Assembly: GCA_044892525.1 (NCBI GenBank)
Contig: CM097885.1
Location: 162,316,001 to 162,380,000, forward strand
Direction of reading: 5' to 3'
DNA length: 64,000 nt
From: Schmidtea polychroa
Taxonomy: Eukaryota
In this document: positions 39,285-54,600 of the stretch, in pieces
Layout: every line of letters begins with the position of its first letter
Numbering within the stretch: position 1 is the stretch's first letter
Position numbers and translations under genes: made by a program
The notes under the pieces: generated by a model
What the model saw: only the letters and a program-made list of their open reading frames with translations
What the model was told of the DNA's origin: nothing
Database searches by the model: none

Positions 39285-40100
39285 TCAACCAACAACCAGG
39301 TACTTACAAATAAATACCAACAAACACATAAAAACTAAACAAAGATACAGTACAAATTTTATTATTCATCACATATTTGCTTATAACAGGATCTTCTAAA
39401 TTCAGCTATTAGAATGTGAACTGGTTCAATTATATTTCCTTCTTGTAGTCTTTTTGCAGAATCGACATTGATAAGGGCATGGAATCTTTATTGGATCACT
39501 GCAAATCATACAGTCAATCAAACCCTTCAAACAAGATACTTTTTCTGATTCTTAATGCATAAAATCAATTTCTTCAATATTGATTCCTGCTATTAAATAC
39601 AACAACCAGTTACAAATAACCAAGTATTATTAACCAGATACCTAATACCAAGCACCAACAACTTAGTAACAACCTATATTCATTAAGTTATTTTTTAGTG
39701 TAGTTTATCAAATGTCTTTTTAAATCAATAAAATATTTAATTTGTGTTAGAATTGAAATATATTTTGAACTAAATCGCAATTGGTAGTTAGAATATTTTG
39801 TCTGATTAAGTAAAAAGTAGTCCAAATTTAACAACAGCATGATGATTTTTAAGCATTCGTCAAGGTAATTTTACAAATATGGTAAGTATTAAATGAAAAA
39901 AAAATTAAATAAGGCAATAATTGTCAACGCAACCTATTTAAAATAATACAGCACTAAATGGAAAGAAATATGAATGAAAGAAAGTTACAATCAAATACAT
40001 AAAATGCAAGTATAAAAAGCAATAAATTCTAAATTTTAATCACAAAAGATCTTTCTTCTTTGAATTGATTACTAATAACCAGATATTAACCTTTTTAAAA
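39285..40100 (-). repeat. Partial relative of the 25.6-28.5 kb foldback-like family
   Basis: ACAACCAG/TACCAAG arrays and inverted similarity to 27240-27620. Confidence 0.45.
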
Positions 40101-41193
40101 AAAACCTCAATTTCTTGTAATACATTTGATTTTTCGTCTAATTCTAATTATTCATTATCATAATCTAATTCTTTGTCAACAACTAAACTTTGCTAAATAA
40201 CCTACAACAATAATAGCTGACAATCATATATCCACTAAGATATCAAAGTTACATATGATATTTCCGAATTCTTTCATTATTTCTAGTATAATATTCTCAT
40301 GGAGATAACTGGATTGTTTCGCCCAGGAATTCTTTTTAAAAATTAGTAGTAAAGATTCATAATTCATAATAAAACTTTATAATCCATTTCCATAATCCAT
40401 TAATAACTATACCACTTATCTCAATGAAGATTTTTATCTTTTGAGTTTATTAATTTATTAATTTTTTAATAGATTAATCTATATTTCCCTGTTCAATGAA
40501 TAATTCACCTTCTATTTCCTCAATTCACTGAAGATTCTTACCTTCTGAGAATATGATTTTCATTATTAATTTTACCAAAATTTTCTTCATCATTTTCTTC
40601 TGTCTTTATTTCCTTGTTTAAAGAATAAATAATCTTTCATTTTATGCTACAATGATAATTTTTAGTACCCTAGAATAATTATTTTATCAAAGTTCTTATC
40701 TTTATTCATGATGATTTTGACTGGTTTAGATAATTTAAATGGAATTTAATGATAAATTACAGGAGATATCGTCAGTAATAACGAGTCTAATGTTGAGTGG
40801 TTATTGACGTATATTTAGGCGTCCAGGAGAATTAAGTTCGTTCATAATTATTTTTTAGTGTTGATGCTACATGATTTTAAAGAAATATTTAAGAAGAATT
40901 GTATGTTGATTGAAAGAATATTTAAAAAATATACGGTGAAAGGGTAGAATTCACGCTTACGTTAAAACGGAAAATTGCTAATAAACATTTAAATTAATAA
41001 ATTAAAGTAAGCTTAAAATATATATTATTACTTAATTAATAAATTAAACCAGCATTGAAATCAACATCAAAATTAAAAGAAAAGCATCGAAGATATTTGT
41101 TTAAATATTATGAAAAAAAGCGCAGTTTTGTGAATAGAATAAATTTTAGTTAAGTAAGTTATTGTATTTTGGTAATTTTATTAATTAATTTTA

Positions 41194-41830
41194 TTAATGG
41201 ATACCGAAAATGAATTTGATGTCGTTGCTGCTAACATACGGATTTAAAGGTGATCCTAAGATAAATTTAGTAGTAATTAATTTCTTGATAATTTGCAGTA
41301 TTTCAATAGATTCGACTTGATTTTCAATTTTATTTTGAAAAATTATTTTTAATGATATGTTCATAATTTGAGTTTTTACAATAATCAAGTGATATTAATA
41401 ACTTATTTAATTTTGATGATAGCAATGGCTTTGTTATGCTATTAAATTTTGATTGACTAAATGATTTAGACCTCTTATTACATGGATTTAGTTACTAAAT
41501 TATTTCAATGGTAGAATGTTGAATGTCGGTAACAGTTAGTTAAAGAAAATCTATATATTTTTGAAGAATATTAAGCATTTTCTATGGGTTTTAAGAGGAT
41601 TTAATCGACTGAATTATTATATTAAAGGGGGTTATACGATTTCAAGTGATGAAATTTTAGAAATCTTTAGGGAATTTAAAGGATATAATCGGTTGGATAT
41701 TATTGTTTAAAGAGGTAGAATTATGGTCATTTGGTGATGGATTGGTTGAATAATAAGGTTGGAATGTAACATCTTTAAAGTTGGTTGAATATCTATGTTT
41801 AAACGGATATTAATAATGTTTTTAAGGATT
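41194..41830 (-). pseudogene. Decayed leucine-rich-repeat (SDS22-like) sequence
   Basis: SN*IHVIRGLNHLVN and ENQVESIEILQIIKKL...LGSPL fit the LRR and LRR-cap pattern; many stops. Confidence 0.4.
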
Positions 41831-41880
41831 TCTTATTAGTAAAATATATGTTTTAAGGGAAATTACAATACCTCGGAGTA

Positions 41881-42129
41881 TCTCTCTACATATAAAAAAG
41901 CTAAGGGTTCCCTCCATCCGAATTTAACTTTTTTTATTTTATTTTTTTTATTTATTTATATTTTTATTATTTTTTTTAATTTCTTTAAATTATTTTTAAA
42001 TTTTATTATTTTTTTTAAAGTCCGCTTCGTTCCCTTCTTCAAACGTGATATGATTATCATTTTCCCGCTATTATTTCCAGTGTTCTAACGGGGTTGGTGA
42101 CGCGAAGCGAACAGGGGCGGAGTCCCTAG
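41881..42129 (+). mobile_element. Complete 249-bp non-autonomous Helitron
   Basis: A|TCTCTCTACATATAAAA start, GGGGC-GGA-GTCCC hairpin and CTAG|T end; inserted between A and T with no TSD. Confidence 0.85.
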
Positions 42130-43717
42130 TATATTAAATTTTTATAAATATTTTTTTTATATATTAAATGTTTAACCTATTATCCCTATAATGTTTCATT
42201 TAATAAGATTTGTATTATAAAAATTTATGATTTGAAATTAAAAAATTTTCCAACGTGAATTTGCTACGTTTTCTGAATTCTATATATTAACAAGATTTTT
42301 GTTTCAACCATTTGCTTATATTATCACATAATTAATAAAATATAAATTCATTTTGTATATTTCTTAAAACAAATATTCAAAAACAGCAGATAAAGGCAAA
42401 ACAAACAAAAAATGAAATTAATTCATTAATGCAAACATAAAAGTTTTGTTATGGGACATTACCCCAATATTTTTGTATAAATATTAAATCTAGTTTTTTT
42501 GCAACTATTATATGGATGTTTTAATTAATGTTATTATTTTGTTTAACTTAGAAATTCCGATTGCGTTGTAATTGTTAAGTAGTTTTTCTGAACCATTTTT
42601 GTGTCAGACAACATCTTAAATTAAATTCAAATATTAGAATCCTTTTAAAAAATTAATTTATATTTAAATGTTAACAATAGCTCCGAAAATAGGGGAGTAA
42701 TTAGATAATTATATTTCCTTTTCTCCTAGTTGACAAAAGATAAATGAATAGAATGCAGCCATGGATCTATTTTTATTTATTAATCTACTATCTATGATCT
42801 AATATTTATTAATCTATTATAAAATATTTAATTGGATAAGTAAAATTAAAAAAATACTAAAATTTGAAACAAAAAATTTTTAATGATATTCTATATATAT
42901 TTCTATATATATTTTTCAAGTTATACACATTCTATAATAGGTATAAATAAATTAAAAAACTGAAATATTATAAATATAAAAAACTAAACATTTTTATAAT
43001 TAAATTTAAAATAAGAAAAAATAAGTACAATATAAATTATTCGAAGCGTCCTTCAATATATTTCGACAGTCTTAATGTTATTATCGGATAGGATAGAATA
43101 AATTATATAAATAAATTATAAAATTATTATTTTTTTTAATTTTGTTTATTTATTTTTATTTTTATTTTAATTAACAAACTATAAATTTTAAATTATTTCA
43201 AACAAGGTTATTAAATCATTCAATATACTTGACAAAAACTAAAATCAATTTAACATCCAAACATTCACAACATTTTGCACATTTATTTTTAGATTAAACA
43301 TTTGATAATTTAATATATAATTAATTTTAAATTAATTAAAAATTATCATTTTTTATTACATTATTTACAAATTTTAATTAATTTCGTCTTTTGCACCCTT
43401 GAAAGAGCATGGCTACGACTCATAACCAAATTACCAAAACCGTAGACAAGACCTGTGCAATAAAGTCGATTAAAACTTCTCAACATATTCATTCTTTAGT
43501 ATTTGTTTTGCGAATTTCATCATAAATAAAATGAACAATTTAATGAATTAATCCATTAAAAATGTTTCCAAACAATGTACAAGATTTAAAATTTCCAGGC
43601 ATTCAAAATACAATAATATCACCACAAAATCCTCGAAATATATCATCTAATATTAATTTGATTGATTCAAAAATATTTACATTGCCATAAATAGAATGAC
43701 AGACAATTTAAATTTAA

Positions 43718-43931
43718 CCCTATAGCAGACTCATGAAGTTTTCCAACATGAGTAAGCGCGTCGGTCCCACATACCAATGTCGATTATAGGCACTCCTGAA
43801 ACTATATACCTTATTTCTTACCCAAATTACCATTAATTTGAAAGAAATGAGCATATTGAACAGGCAAAAAAAGCAAACAAACAACTTTTATATGGTGTCA
43901 ATCAGCGAGACCGCGCGTGAATGCTCTAGGG
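43718..43931. mobile_element. piggyBac-type MITE
   Basis: TTAA|CCCTATAGCA ... TGCTCTAGGG|TTAA. Confidence 0.8.
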
Positions 43932-45089
43932 TTAAATAATTCTATTGTCAAAGATTCCGGTTTAATTACAGTCACAACGAATTTTCTTGATTAACATTAC
44001 TTAAACATCATCAAATATTTTGAAAAATGAAACCGAATAAAATTAAAATTGATAGATTTAAACACCATACATAAAAGCGAAAAAATTATATTTTAGAATT
44101 TACATTATAATATCCTTTGTAATCAGGGGCGCACAAATTTTTTATGTGACGAGCCAAATTAAAATAAAAATATTTTACTGAGAACCACAAGCAAAAAAAT
44201 ATTTTTTATTGATTTTTATATACTACATATTAAATTTTACTTTTTAATAATTTTAGAAATATTTGGAACTAATTGTGTTGTAGCCAGCCTTACGTCTGTA
44301 ATACGAGATCGTAGCTTGCTTTTATTTTTATTCATAATTGTTCACATATATACGTTGAACCAAACAAAGATGGGTAACATCCCGCCGTATCATATAAATT
44401 TGGTTACTTGTCCTTATTCAAAAAAAGATTAATCTGTTATTTGTCCTTATTGATAAAATTTTTTTATGTCGCCGTCATTTAATTTTTGTTTGAATATTTC
44501 GCAGGATTGTAATTGTAGGCCAGGATTTATTGAAAAAGGATTCGAAAATACTTTAAAATAGAATTTATATTTTTTAAAATCCTAGAATCTTTTCTAAAAA
44601 ATTTCTAATAATTTTCCCATCTTTGTAGCATAAGGTCGATATATTTTATTTTAATATTTTATTTTGGGAAATGAAAACATTGACCATTTAAAAATTGGGT
44701 TTGGAATAATTTTAATTTAATTTAACTATAAAGTTTGAATGAATAAAAAAATAAATTTTGATTTATTTTTATTCCATCAATATTTAAAGTTTAAGAATTT
44801 TAGATTACTTCTCTTTAATAAGTAGATTAATTTTATTAATATTTCTTAATTTCTTTAATTTTATTCTTTTAGCGATTTGTTTATAATGAAATACATAAAT
44901 ATTACAATAATTTCAGGATTTAATAAAATGCCGTTTTTCGGAAAAATATTTTATTATAATCAGATTTTATAATAACCGATTTCCTTAAAATGGAATGTTT
45001 TATAGTATCCCAGTTTGATGTGAAACCCAAGTTATGGGTCTGGTCCACAAGTTCTAAGATCTAGTAAAAGCAGCTGATATCTGCTGATA

Positions 45090-46888
45090 AAAAAATGGTC
45101 TTAAATTTTCTTTTACTCTTGACGAATGGGTCGATGCTACGACTCGGAAACACCACGCTGATTCGGTCAGGTTGAGGTGTTTTGAAATTGGGATTTATGC
45201 GAATTATTGACCGTTGTACAGCAGAATTATTGTGTAAATCTGTTGAAAAACATTTGTTAGCTTTTGGTATCAATCCCACACACGATATTATGGCTGCAAC
45301 GGATGATGGGGCGTCTATTATTATCCTCTCATCTACCAAGTATGTTTAACCCATTACCACCCACTGTACTCACACGGGTAAACTTGTTAAAGGCGTAATT
45401 TCATGTTTTTCTATAATGATTATCATGGAACTAGTGACCCATTTCAACAATATATATCTAACTACTTTATTTATGTATTTTATTATATATATGAAACCGC
45501 TAGACCTCTTAGATTACATGTAGTTTTCTTTTGGACGTTAATGGGTTAAATCATGCATTTCCTCTAGGAGTCACTAAGACTTTTTACAAGAAAAAGGAAA
45601 AATTGTGCGATACCAATGAAACCATTGAAAATCAAACTGAAGTATTTGACGACAACTTTGATGATGATTTTGATTTGGATGATGGGGCCGATAAAGAAAT
45701 TTTTCTCTAAGAGAATTATGATGCGATTTTTGCTTTTGTGCTTAGAATTGTAATTTTGTTTCGGCGTTCTGATTGTTGCATAATAAAATACAAGAAATAA
45801 ACGCTGCCTTTGGCCTTACTAATGTCAATGCAAGAGAAATAGAAGATAAAACAAAAGCTACTTAATGAAAAAGTGAAGCTACAACTTGATGTCAAAACCA
45901 GGCGGAATACGATCGTTCATATGATCACAATTTTCATCCGATACTTTGACCCTATTAAAGTAGCATTAAGCGATCTTGGCGATGAAATGTTAAAAGAAAT
46001 CAACATAGAAATACTAAAATCTCTTGTCGACATCCTGACACTTGTTGAATTGGCAGTTTTGGCATTGGGAAAAAGAGTTGCATCAGTTTGTACGAGAAAA
46101 AAATATCTCAAAGCTCTTCCACTATAAGCGTAGAATTATTAGATAACATAAATGAATATATGGATAAAAAATGGACGAAACTCTTTTTGATCTCATCGAA
46201 TGCCTCGATACAGCTTCAGTCTTACAAACTTCTACTCTGAAGTATACATCAGAGTTAATGAAACGACTTTTTGTGACAGCTGAGACAACAAATGATGAAA
46301 ATGATACTGCAAATTCTCAAAGTGTCTCAGGTCAGAACGATGGACTTTTAAGTTTAGCACAAGAATTATCAAAACGCATAAATTCGTCTTCTATTCAAAC
46401 AATGACTTAGCCAAAATTTGATAAATCTACAGGAAATCGAACCGAGAATCTGGAGAAACTAGGCAATGTCCTTGACACAATTCAAATGATATCAATTGAA
46501 TATGAACAAACATTTTCAGTACCAGGAATTTTTCTTTCAAATTTGCGGTGCAAATTATCCGATAAGTCATTGGGTGCTCTAGTGTTCCTTAAATATTATT
46601 TCAAAAATCCAATTTTGTAACCTTATCGGCCATTTGGTGAAATTAAAAATGATTGAATAAAAAATAATCTCTAATTTGTAGTTAAAAAAAAACTTAAATA
46701 ATAATATTTTACAATTTGTTGCAATTATAACGTGAAAATTTAAAATTTTATGTTAAAAATATTTGGTCAAAAAATTTAAAAATTTTCGTACAAAGTCAGG
46801 CTTGAAAGCTTGACAAAAATGAGCAAGCTCGAGCCGAGCCGAGTCCAAGCCTCAAACACCAAGCTTTCCGAAACTCGAATCCGCACTA
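45090..46888 (+). pseudogene. Decayed hAT (Ac/BED-type) transposase with its 3' end
   Basis: FTLDEW, LGFMRI, DIMAATDDGAS, LQLDVKTR, dimerisation-domain relic; terminal ...CTCGAATCCGCACTA. Confidence 0.7.
45350..45545. mobile_element. piggyBac-type MITE nested in the hAT relic
   Basis: TTAA|CCCATTA ... TAATGGG|TTAA. Confidence 0.8.
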
Positions 46889-47530
46889 ACAGCTAATTCA
46901 ATTCTTGAAGGCCTTCAAATGGCAAATAAATTGGCAGATCATTTTTTAACTAATGATCATATAACCGAACGAGCTGCGAAATTTTAATCTGATCTGAAAT
47001 TTTGTATGGCTCGCTACAAGGAGCTGTAGTAAGAACTGTCCCGACTAGGAGCAGAACCAAATATTACCGAATTTGCTATTAAAATAAGTAACCCTGTGCT
47101 TGAAACTGTTTTTGATTGTAAGCTAACGCAGAAAAAGAGAAAGCGGCTACTATCTGAAACCGACTTCGAATAAAAAAAATTAACATTAAATACCATTTTT
47201 ATGTTCGTGAATATAAATGGGATTTTTTAAAAATTTTTTTAAATCTCTATTAAAAATGTAAAATCTATAATATATGTATATTAGATTAATAAAATATGTA
47301 TGGAGATAAATACAAAACTACAAAACTTGATTTTGATTCTTTAATTATTAATTTTTGTAGAAGATTTTATTTATGGAACCTATCTCATATTTTTGTACTA
47401 CTGTGTGTTTTTTTACTCGATTTTTTTACACGGTGGTCGGTGGAACGTATCTACCGTGTACTTGATCACATGGAGATACCAAAATTATATTGGAATGGTG
47501 GATTTAATCTTAGAGTAAGTCACTCTTGAG

Positions 47531-49010
47531 TAGGGTTTGCAATCCGGATATCCGGATAGCGAACTATTCGGATTATTCGAACAATTTTGACTATACGATT
47601 ATCCGGAAACCATTTATTTAAAAAAATTATTTACAACTTTAATGTTTTGAAAACTGTAATCATTGAATCTGCAGTGTAAAGGTATTTTACTAATATTTAT
47701 TTAATGCTATATTAATTTAAAAAAATTTGTTTTAAAAACTTGTAGCCTTGTCAATAAAATCTGAAGTGTGCTATATTTTTAAAGTTTATGAGAGCAGAGG
47801 ATTCTTTTTAATAATTTATATACTTTGCATCTGTTTTAATAAATACAGTAAATTATAACTGTTAGTAAATTTATTTAAAAAAAAACATATTTTTAGTTTT
47901 TAACAGTACTGTAGCCATGTCAGAACGATCTGAAGTTTGGAATCATTTAAAAAAAAATGAAAAAAATAGAGATGTTGCTTTTTCTAAACATTGCAGTAAA
48001 GACATCGGATGTAAAGGATCATCAACGTCGCCACTTTTAAATCATTTAAAACTTCATAAAATTATCATAAATTCAGCTTCAACTTCAATCGATAAAATTC
48101 ATGAACCATCGACATCAAAAAAACTTAAAAGTGATTCCAGTAAGTTGTCTCGATGTGTGGCAGGGTTTTCAATGAATAACTTAGTGAAATCACGAGCCAT
48201 CAACGGATATGTCCGAACTAAAGGCTTTGTCATGTCCCTCTACTGTAACGAAAAGTATTTTAAACTTTTATGATATAATAAAAGAAGAAACTATTGGTGT
48301 TCTCAATGAATTTTTAAAAAATGAACATTAAATTTTCAATAACAGTAGACGAATGGACCGATAATTCAATGAATACATATCTTAATATTTCACTTCATGC
48401 CATTGTCGGCAATTTGATGAACAAATTTAAAATGTTTGTTTTAGGATTAGTTCATAAAAAAGGTACATGCAATGCTGATCAAACCAAACTTTATGTTTAA
48501 AATAAATTAAAAGAATTTCAAATTAATATAAAAAGAGACATAATATCTTCAACACGTGAGGGTACCGCAGTTATGGTAAAATATTGAAGAATCCTTGGTA
48601 TTACATCTCAACTTTGTTATAACCGCGGCCTTCATTTAGCAATAACCGATATATTGTATAAAAAGAAACCAACAACTTATTTTTGTGAAGAAAATGAAGA
48701 AATACCAGTCTGTGTTGAACAAGAAATAGAATATGGCGCTGTCGCAAACAGTAAATATATGACTATAAGCAGTTTTGAAGATGCCAACATAGACTTCGAA
48801 CAACAAGAAGGAGATCATTTTATAGATTTGACCAAAGAAGTTAACATCAGAAAAGTTATAAGAACCATAAAATCCTCTTTAGTCAAAAACAATATTTTAC
48901 AAGGATATGTTAAAGATAAAGAGTGTAAGTTGTTGCAGTTGATGTTGGATATAAAAATCCGTTGGAATTCCTTGATAACAAAGATAAAAACACTTGCTCA
49001 AGAATAATGA
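47531..49010 (+). mobile_element. 3'-truncated hAT element with BED-finger transposase relic
   Basis: 5' end TAGGGTTTGCAATCCGGATATCCGG; SEVWNHLKK..CSKDIGCKGSSTSPLLNHLKLH; LMLDIKIRWNSL. Confidence 0.75.
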
Positions 49011-51829
49011 GTACTTTGAACATTTTAAATCAAAATTTTAATATTTAAAAACAAAATTTTATTCGCATATTATTAAATCAACAAACTTATAATAAACAAA
49101 TATTTTGCCATAACAAAGAAAATATGTAATTTTTTGACATTTCTATCCCTATAATCTTTTATTAAATTTTAAAAAAATTCACTTGAAAAAGGCAGTGCCG
49201 AAAATTCGTGAGTATTAACAAACATCGATATATTACTGATTTATAGTCTTCAAGCTCTCTTTTTATTAAATGATTTATCTTAAATTTTTATTATATTAAT
49301 TATTTACTTAATTATTCAATAGTTTTAACAATTTTATTAAGAACCGGAAAATGATATAATTTAAATAAAAAAAATAGGTAAGCCATGTGTAGAAACATTT
49401 TTTTCCTTTATCTGAATTAAATATTTTATTTTGTTTAAATGCTATAAAATTCTGTTACATTATTACGTTATATTATTGTCAATTTAATGACTTCAGAATT
49501 GAAATAATTGGAATAATATAAAATACTGACAAATTATTGCAATAATAACTAAAAATAACTTAAATATTTTTATGAGAAATTCGCTTTCAGTAATTGAGAT
49601 ATTTCAATTATGATAATATATGAGTCTGGCGTTATGAAATATGTGAGATTCTGGCCATAAATTTGTCTGATAGCAGATGATAGACATAAATAATAAACAA
49701 AACTGGAATAAAAAAAAATAATAAAAAGGATAAACATAATTTTGTTGATTCAACGAAATAAAAATATTAATTATAATTTTTTTCTAGTGTAAATAAATTT
49801 CAATTTTAAACCAATGAAATTTCATGAAATTTCAATTTATATTAGACAACATAATCCTTTCATCCAATTATTCCTTTTATAAACCAAAATAAAATATTAC
49901 TTTTATTAATAAATGCAATGAAAAATATTTGTTATTTTATCCCATATTTTTTCCATTAATCAAATATTTTTTATATTTTAAATTTCGCAAATATATATCG
50001 ATTCATACGAAAATTTATTTTTACAACTTTATTTTTAAAATTGTATTGAAAAATTCACAAATTTCATATGTCAATTTTTTAATAAATAAATTATGCCACC
50101 GATTTTCAAACTGGGATTTTAGAGTCATATGAAGGGGGTTGCTAAATAAAAATAAGGAAAGGATTTTCTGAGAAAAAATAAATATTATATTTAATATTAC
50201 ATTTGTTTTAAAACTACAGCCCAAAATAATATTTTTTTCAAGTGTTAGGCGAGTTCGAATTTTATTTAAAAGTTTGTAAATGCGCGGCTCTAAATTAGAA
50301 ATAGTTAAAAGCAAGTTATTATCAAGCGATATGAATCCATTTTTATACTGAGTTTTCAATATTAGTTTACTGAAAGGCCCTTTATTTCATTTATTTTTTT
50401 TATTTTCCTTTATTCACTTCGACCGGAAAGCCAAAACTTACCTAAATCCTGCAATGCAAACTGTAGTTGTAGTATTTTATCAACCAATAGTTCGTTGAGC
50501 TAATTGTTGGTATTTTTTGTAACGTTTCTATTACAGCAAAGTTTTTAAGAATGGATGAAATATTAATTTTTAATTATTTTTGACGTATTAGAAATCGTAG
50601 AGCTATAAATTTAAGATTTTTTGAAAAAAAAAATTTTTTTCCAGAACCTCAATGAGTTATTTAAATGGTAAAATGACCTCAATTGAAATACTTTGCTTCT
50701 ACTGTTTTTCATTATTCTAAGTTTATAAGCTCTAAATATTTTTAAAACCACATAAAATATAGTTCAATCGTAATTTATTTAATTAATTATTTCAGTTAAT
50801 TTGTAAAAAAAAATTAAAAATAACTTGAAAAACTCCAAAAGCTTCAGTGAGTGATATGAAATGTGCGAGACCCTAGGTGTCCCATTGCTAATTGGTGAAA
50901 CACCGCCTAAATCAGAGTGATTTTACAAACACACCAATCTCAAACTGTTTCCTATCCACATTTCTGAAAAGTAGTATCACCCAAGTAATTTCTATTATCA
51001 TAATAATTACAAAGATGAGAAAAGTTGGTACAAAAACACTTCAAACGGGATCTCTAATCTAGCCAGGAACTTGTTGTCGGCAGTTTTACTGCAACCAAGT
51101 GACTTGTTGATTGCGATCTTTCAAAAATCTCAATAAATGTTTTGTTTTAAATTATTTTAAATAAACTATATGTAAAGTATGTATTTATCTTAGTAACTGC
51201 TAAAAGACTCTTATTGTAATTAACTAGAGTTACTAGACAGTTTCTTGTTTGCATCTCAATATAATTATTTTAAATTTGCTAAATATTTGGTAACTTTATT
51301 GTCTATATTCCTATAATTTTATCATGTGGCCCGCCAACAAAAAATTAATTTCCATGAGTCCCGTGCACTAAAAAGGTTTCTTAATCCTGATTGAGACCTT
51401 TCATATTTTTAATTGGATATGCCTTTCCCATGAAATGAATTACAATTTCCATGAATTTGAGCTAGTTCAAAAACGACAATTATAAAAACGAAAAAAAAAT
51501 TCAGCTTATTAGTTGCTCAATTGTTTTTATTTATCCAAATTTTTATCAATTCATTTAAACAAACAAAGATAATTTTTATCATTATTGATTTTTATTCATA
51601 TTATTTCAAAATAAAAATTTGTAATAATAATAAAGGTAAAATTCCGAAATAAAAAACTTCTAAATGAATAATTTATAAGTTAGAGTATTTCGATTGAAAA
51701 GCAATATAATAGAAATAATCATATAATTTATTTATTTTTATTTATTTTAAATTCTTTTTTAAAATCAACTATATTTTAAGCATCATCTATAAATTTTGTA
51801 GGTTGTAAAGGCAATCTATTTATTGCAAT

Positions 51830-52110
51830 CATTGTATAGAAATTACCGAAGGATAAATTGGAACTTTTCGAATTTATATTGAGAAAAAAAAACCTTAAAG
51901 ACATGGAAAATATGGACAAAGTTCCAATGAGCTTTGATATGCTAACTAAAAACACGATCGAATGTTAATAATACGATTCAAATGTAGACTTACAGTAGTA
52001 TTGTCCCTTACGGAGAATGGAACCAAGTTAACCCCGGGGGCTATATTTAAATTGAAAATGATTTTGAAAGAGAGATTCCCACCACGAAAAAGAGATTGAA
52101 TGAATAAATC
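51830..52110 (+). pseudogene. pogo-type transposase fragment
   Basis: NMDKVPMSFDM matches the pogo NMDE.PM.FDM motif. Confidence 0.55.
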
Positions 52111-53115
52111 TAAATTTATTTAATAGATGAATGAGATTTTAAAAAGTGGCTTGGATCTTTTTTACCATTTGTATTCGATCCTACTGCAGTTCATTTGATG
52201 GAAATGTAAAAATAATTTAAGATTCTTGCTAACTGTTTGCTGTAATTGCTGGATGTTTTGCAAAATCTTTATACCTCTTGGACATTTTAAGTTGATATTT
52301 TGAAAGGATGTGAGAAGTGAATTCAAAAATGGAAACGACAATTATTCTACATTTACAAAAAGGATAAGATCCTAAGACAATCATCTACAGTCGCATGTGA
52401 ATGAATCGGGTCATCATTTAGTTTTACTAAGACCAAGTGCATGAATTAAGGTTTTCGAAGGATGAAAATTGCGAATGGAATCAGAAGGGACGAGGAAAAC
52501 AACGCATACTAAGAATCAACAGTCAATAAGGATGAATATGCAAATAACGTCCTTCGTTCATTCTTTTTGTAATCTGAAACTTATTGTATGTGATATTCTT
52601 ATTTTTACTATTTGATGACAAAATCATTAATGACACTTCAACATGATCTAGGTGTGTTATGAAATTTTTAATTTTTATCATGTAATTTTGAGATGATTAT
52701 TGCGAAAATTTATATTTCACATAATTACGTAAAGAACCTTTTTTTAATTAACATTGTAAGCATATTGAAATTAACAATTATCAATTAAAAATTTCATATA
52801 CATACAACCTAGATACACACTCACCACAATTGTCCCAATACAAATATTAAAGGAGTCTCTATTGGGGCCTACAAATTTCCATATTACATAGACTAACATT
52901 ATTAGCATAACACACATTATCAGCTTAGTCTCAACGAAGTTACAATATAACTGGTGTCAGGAGCAAAAATATACAAAACACACTCGCGAAAAATTCTTTT
53001 TCAACCCCTATCGCTTTCGGAATACCTAATATAGAAGTATAAAGAATAGTGGCACTATAACAAAAAGTGAGTTCATACGCAATAACATCGGTTCTTTGGG
53101 ATTCCGTCTTCCAAA

Positions 53116-53420
53116 ATGTCACAAAGCTGTTCTTCGTTTGGTCATGAACTACTGTGCGACCTCAAATGTGATTTGAAGAATAAAATTGCAAATTTAAAAT
53201 CGGAAGAACGTAAGTTTAGCTTGAGCATAGATGAGTCGACAAGCGTTCGAAACCGACGTTACATGAACGTTCATATCTATTATCACGACGGAGAATCTGA
53301 CAACCTTGGGCGTGTGCGAATTCAGGGATCATGTCCCTTAGAAAAAGTATATGAGCTCTTAGATGCAAAGCTTTCAGACTTCAATTTGAACCTCCAGTCG
53401 GACATCGTCTCAAATTCGGG
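53116..53420 (+). pseudogene. hAT transposase fragment
   Basis: KFSLSIDESTSVRNRRYMNV...NLGRVRI...FNLNLQSDIV. Confidence 0.7.
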
Positions 53421-54600
53421 AAACTATCACCAGCGCATCAACAGTTATGCTACAATCACGACATACACTTGGCAGTTATGGAGATAATGTATCAAAAACG
53501 ACTACACGTAATCTAAGAGGTCTAGCGGTTTCATCTATATAATAAAATACATAAATAAAGTAGTGAGATGGTGAAAATAATAATGATTCATGAGCACATT
53601 GATCAGCAAATTCGATGAAGTAATAATCGAAAACAAAAAAATTAAACGTGAACTCACCGAAATGAAAGAAAAATTCCAAATGCAAAACTACAATTGTTCA
53701 CCAAACCGTTATAACAGACTCGGTCAGATTCACGAAACCGAAAAAACAAAGCCTCTTACAACAACACAGACAAAACTAAAGATGAGATTTGTTACTAACA
53801 CCAAAAGTTCGGGAACAAAGCATACAAATGCAACAACCCATGCAACTACAAAACACAGGAAAACTGATGAAGTCGCCTTTAATCGTACCGACATTTGGCG
53901 ACAAAAATAAAACGTGCAATCACAAACAATAATTTCCTGATTGACACAGGTTCAGTCATCTCCCTATTACCCCACCAAATGTTCAAAAAACACAAAACAA
54001 CAAATAACAAACTCACCGCAGCCAAAGGTACCAACATAAGTACATTCGGACAACATACTACGACGATAACAATCAACAACAAAGAGTACACCTGGTCGTT
54101 CACTATAGCCGAGGTACAACAACCAATAATCGGTGCTGATTTCTAATCACACTCTAACTTACTAGTAGACTGCAGAAATAAAGACTTAGTCGAAAACCCC
54201 ATCACAAAAACAAAAACAAAACTATCAACAACAAATGACTACCCACAAATTGAGATTGGAGTAATCCAAACAAACCCAACCAATAAAAACAAAGCAACCA
54301 TCACGGTCCCGAAATAACTCGATTAATAAAACATTTCAACAAACTGACCAAACCAGTAACACTCAAAAAGAATTCGGACAACCCAACCGAACACTCAATC
54401 ATAACATTGGCAACCCAGTACACTCTAAAGTTAGACAACTGGACCCACAAAAAACAGAAATCACTAAACCAATTTTCAAAGAATTACACGACAACAAAAT
54501 AGTAAGACATTCAAACTCAGAATGATCTTCCGCACTTAAGAAAACGAGTCTGGTAAAAAACCAATCGAGTTTTTTTCAAAAGTTTCAGATCACACTCAGA
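53420..54600 (+). pseudogene. Decayed Gypsy gag-protease-RT fragment
   Basis: FLIDTGSVISLLP...PIIGADF (aspartic protease), followed by an RT N-terminal relic. Confidence 0.75.
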
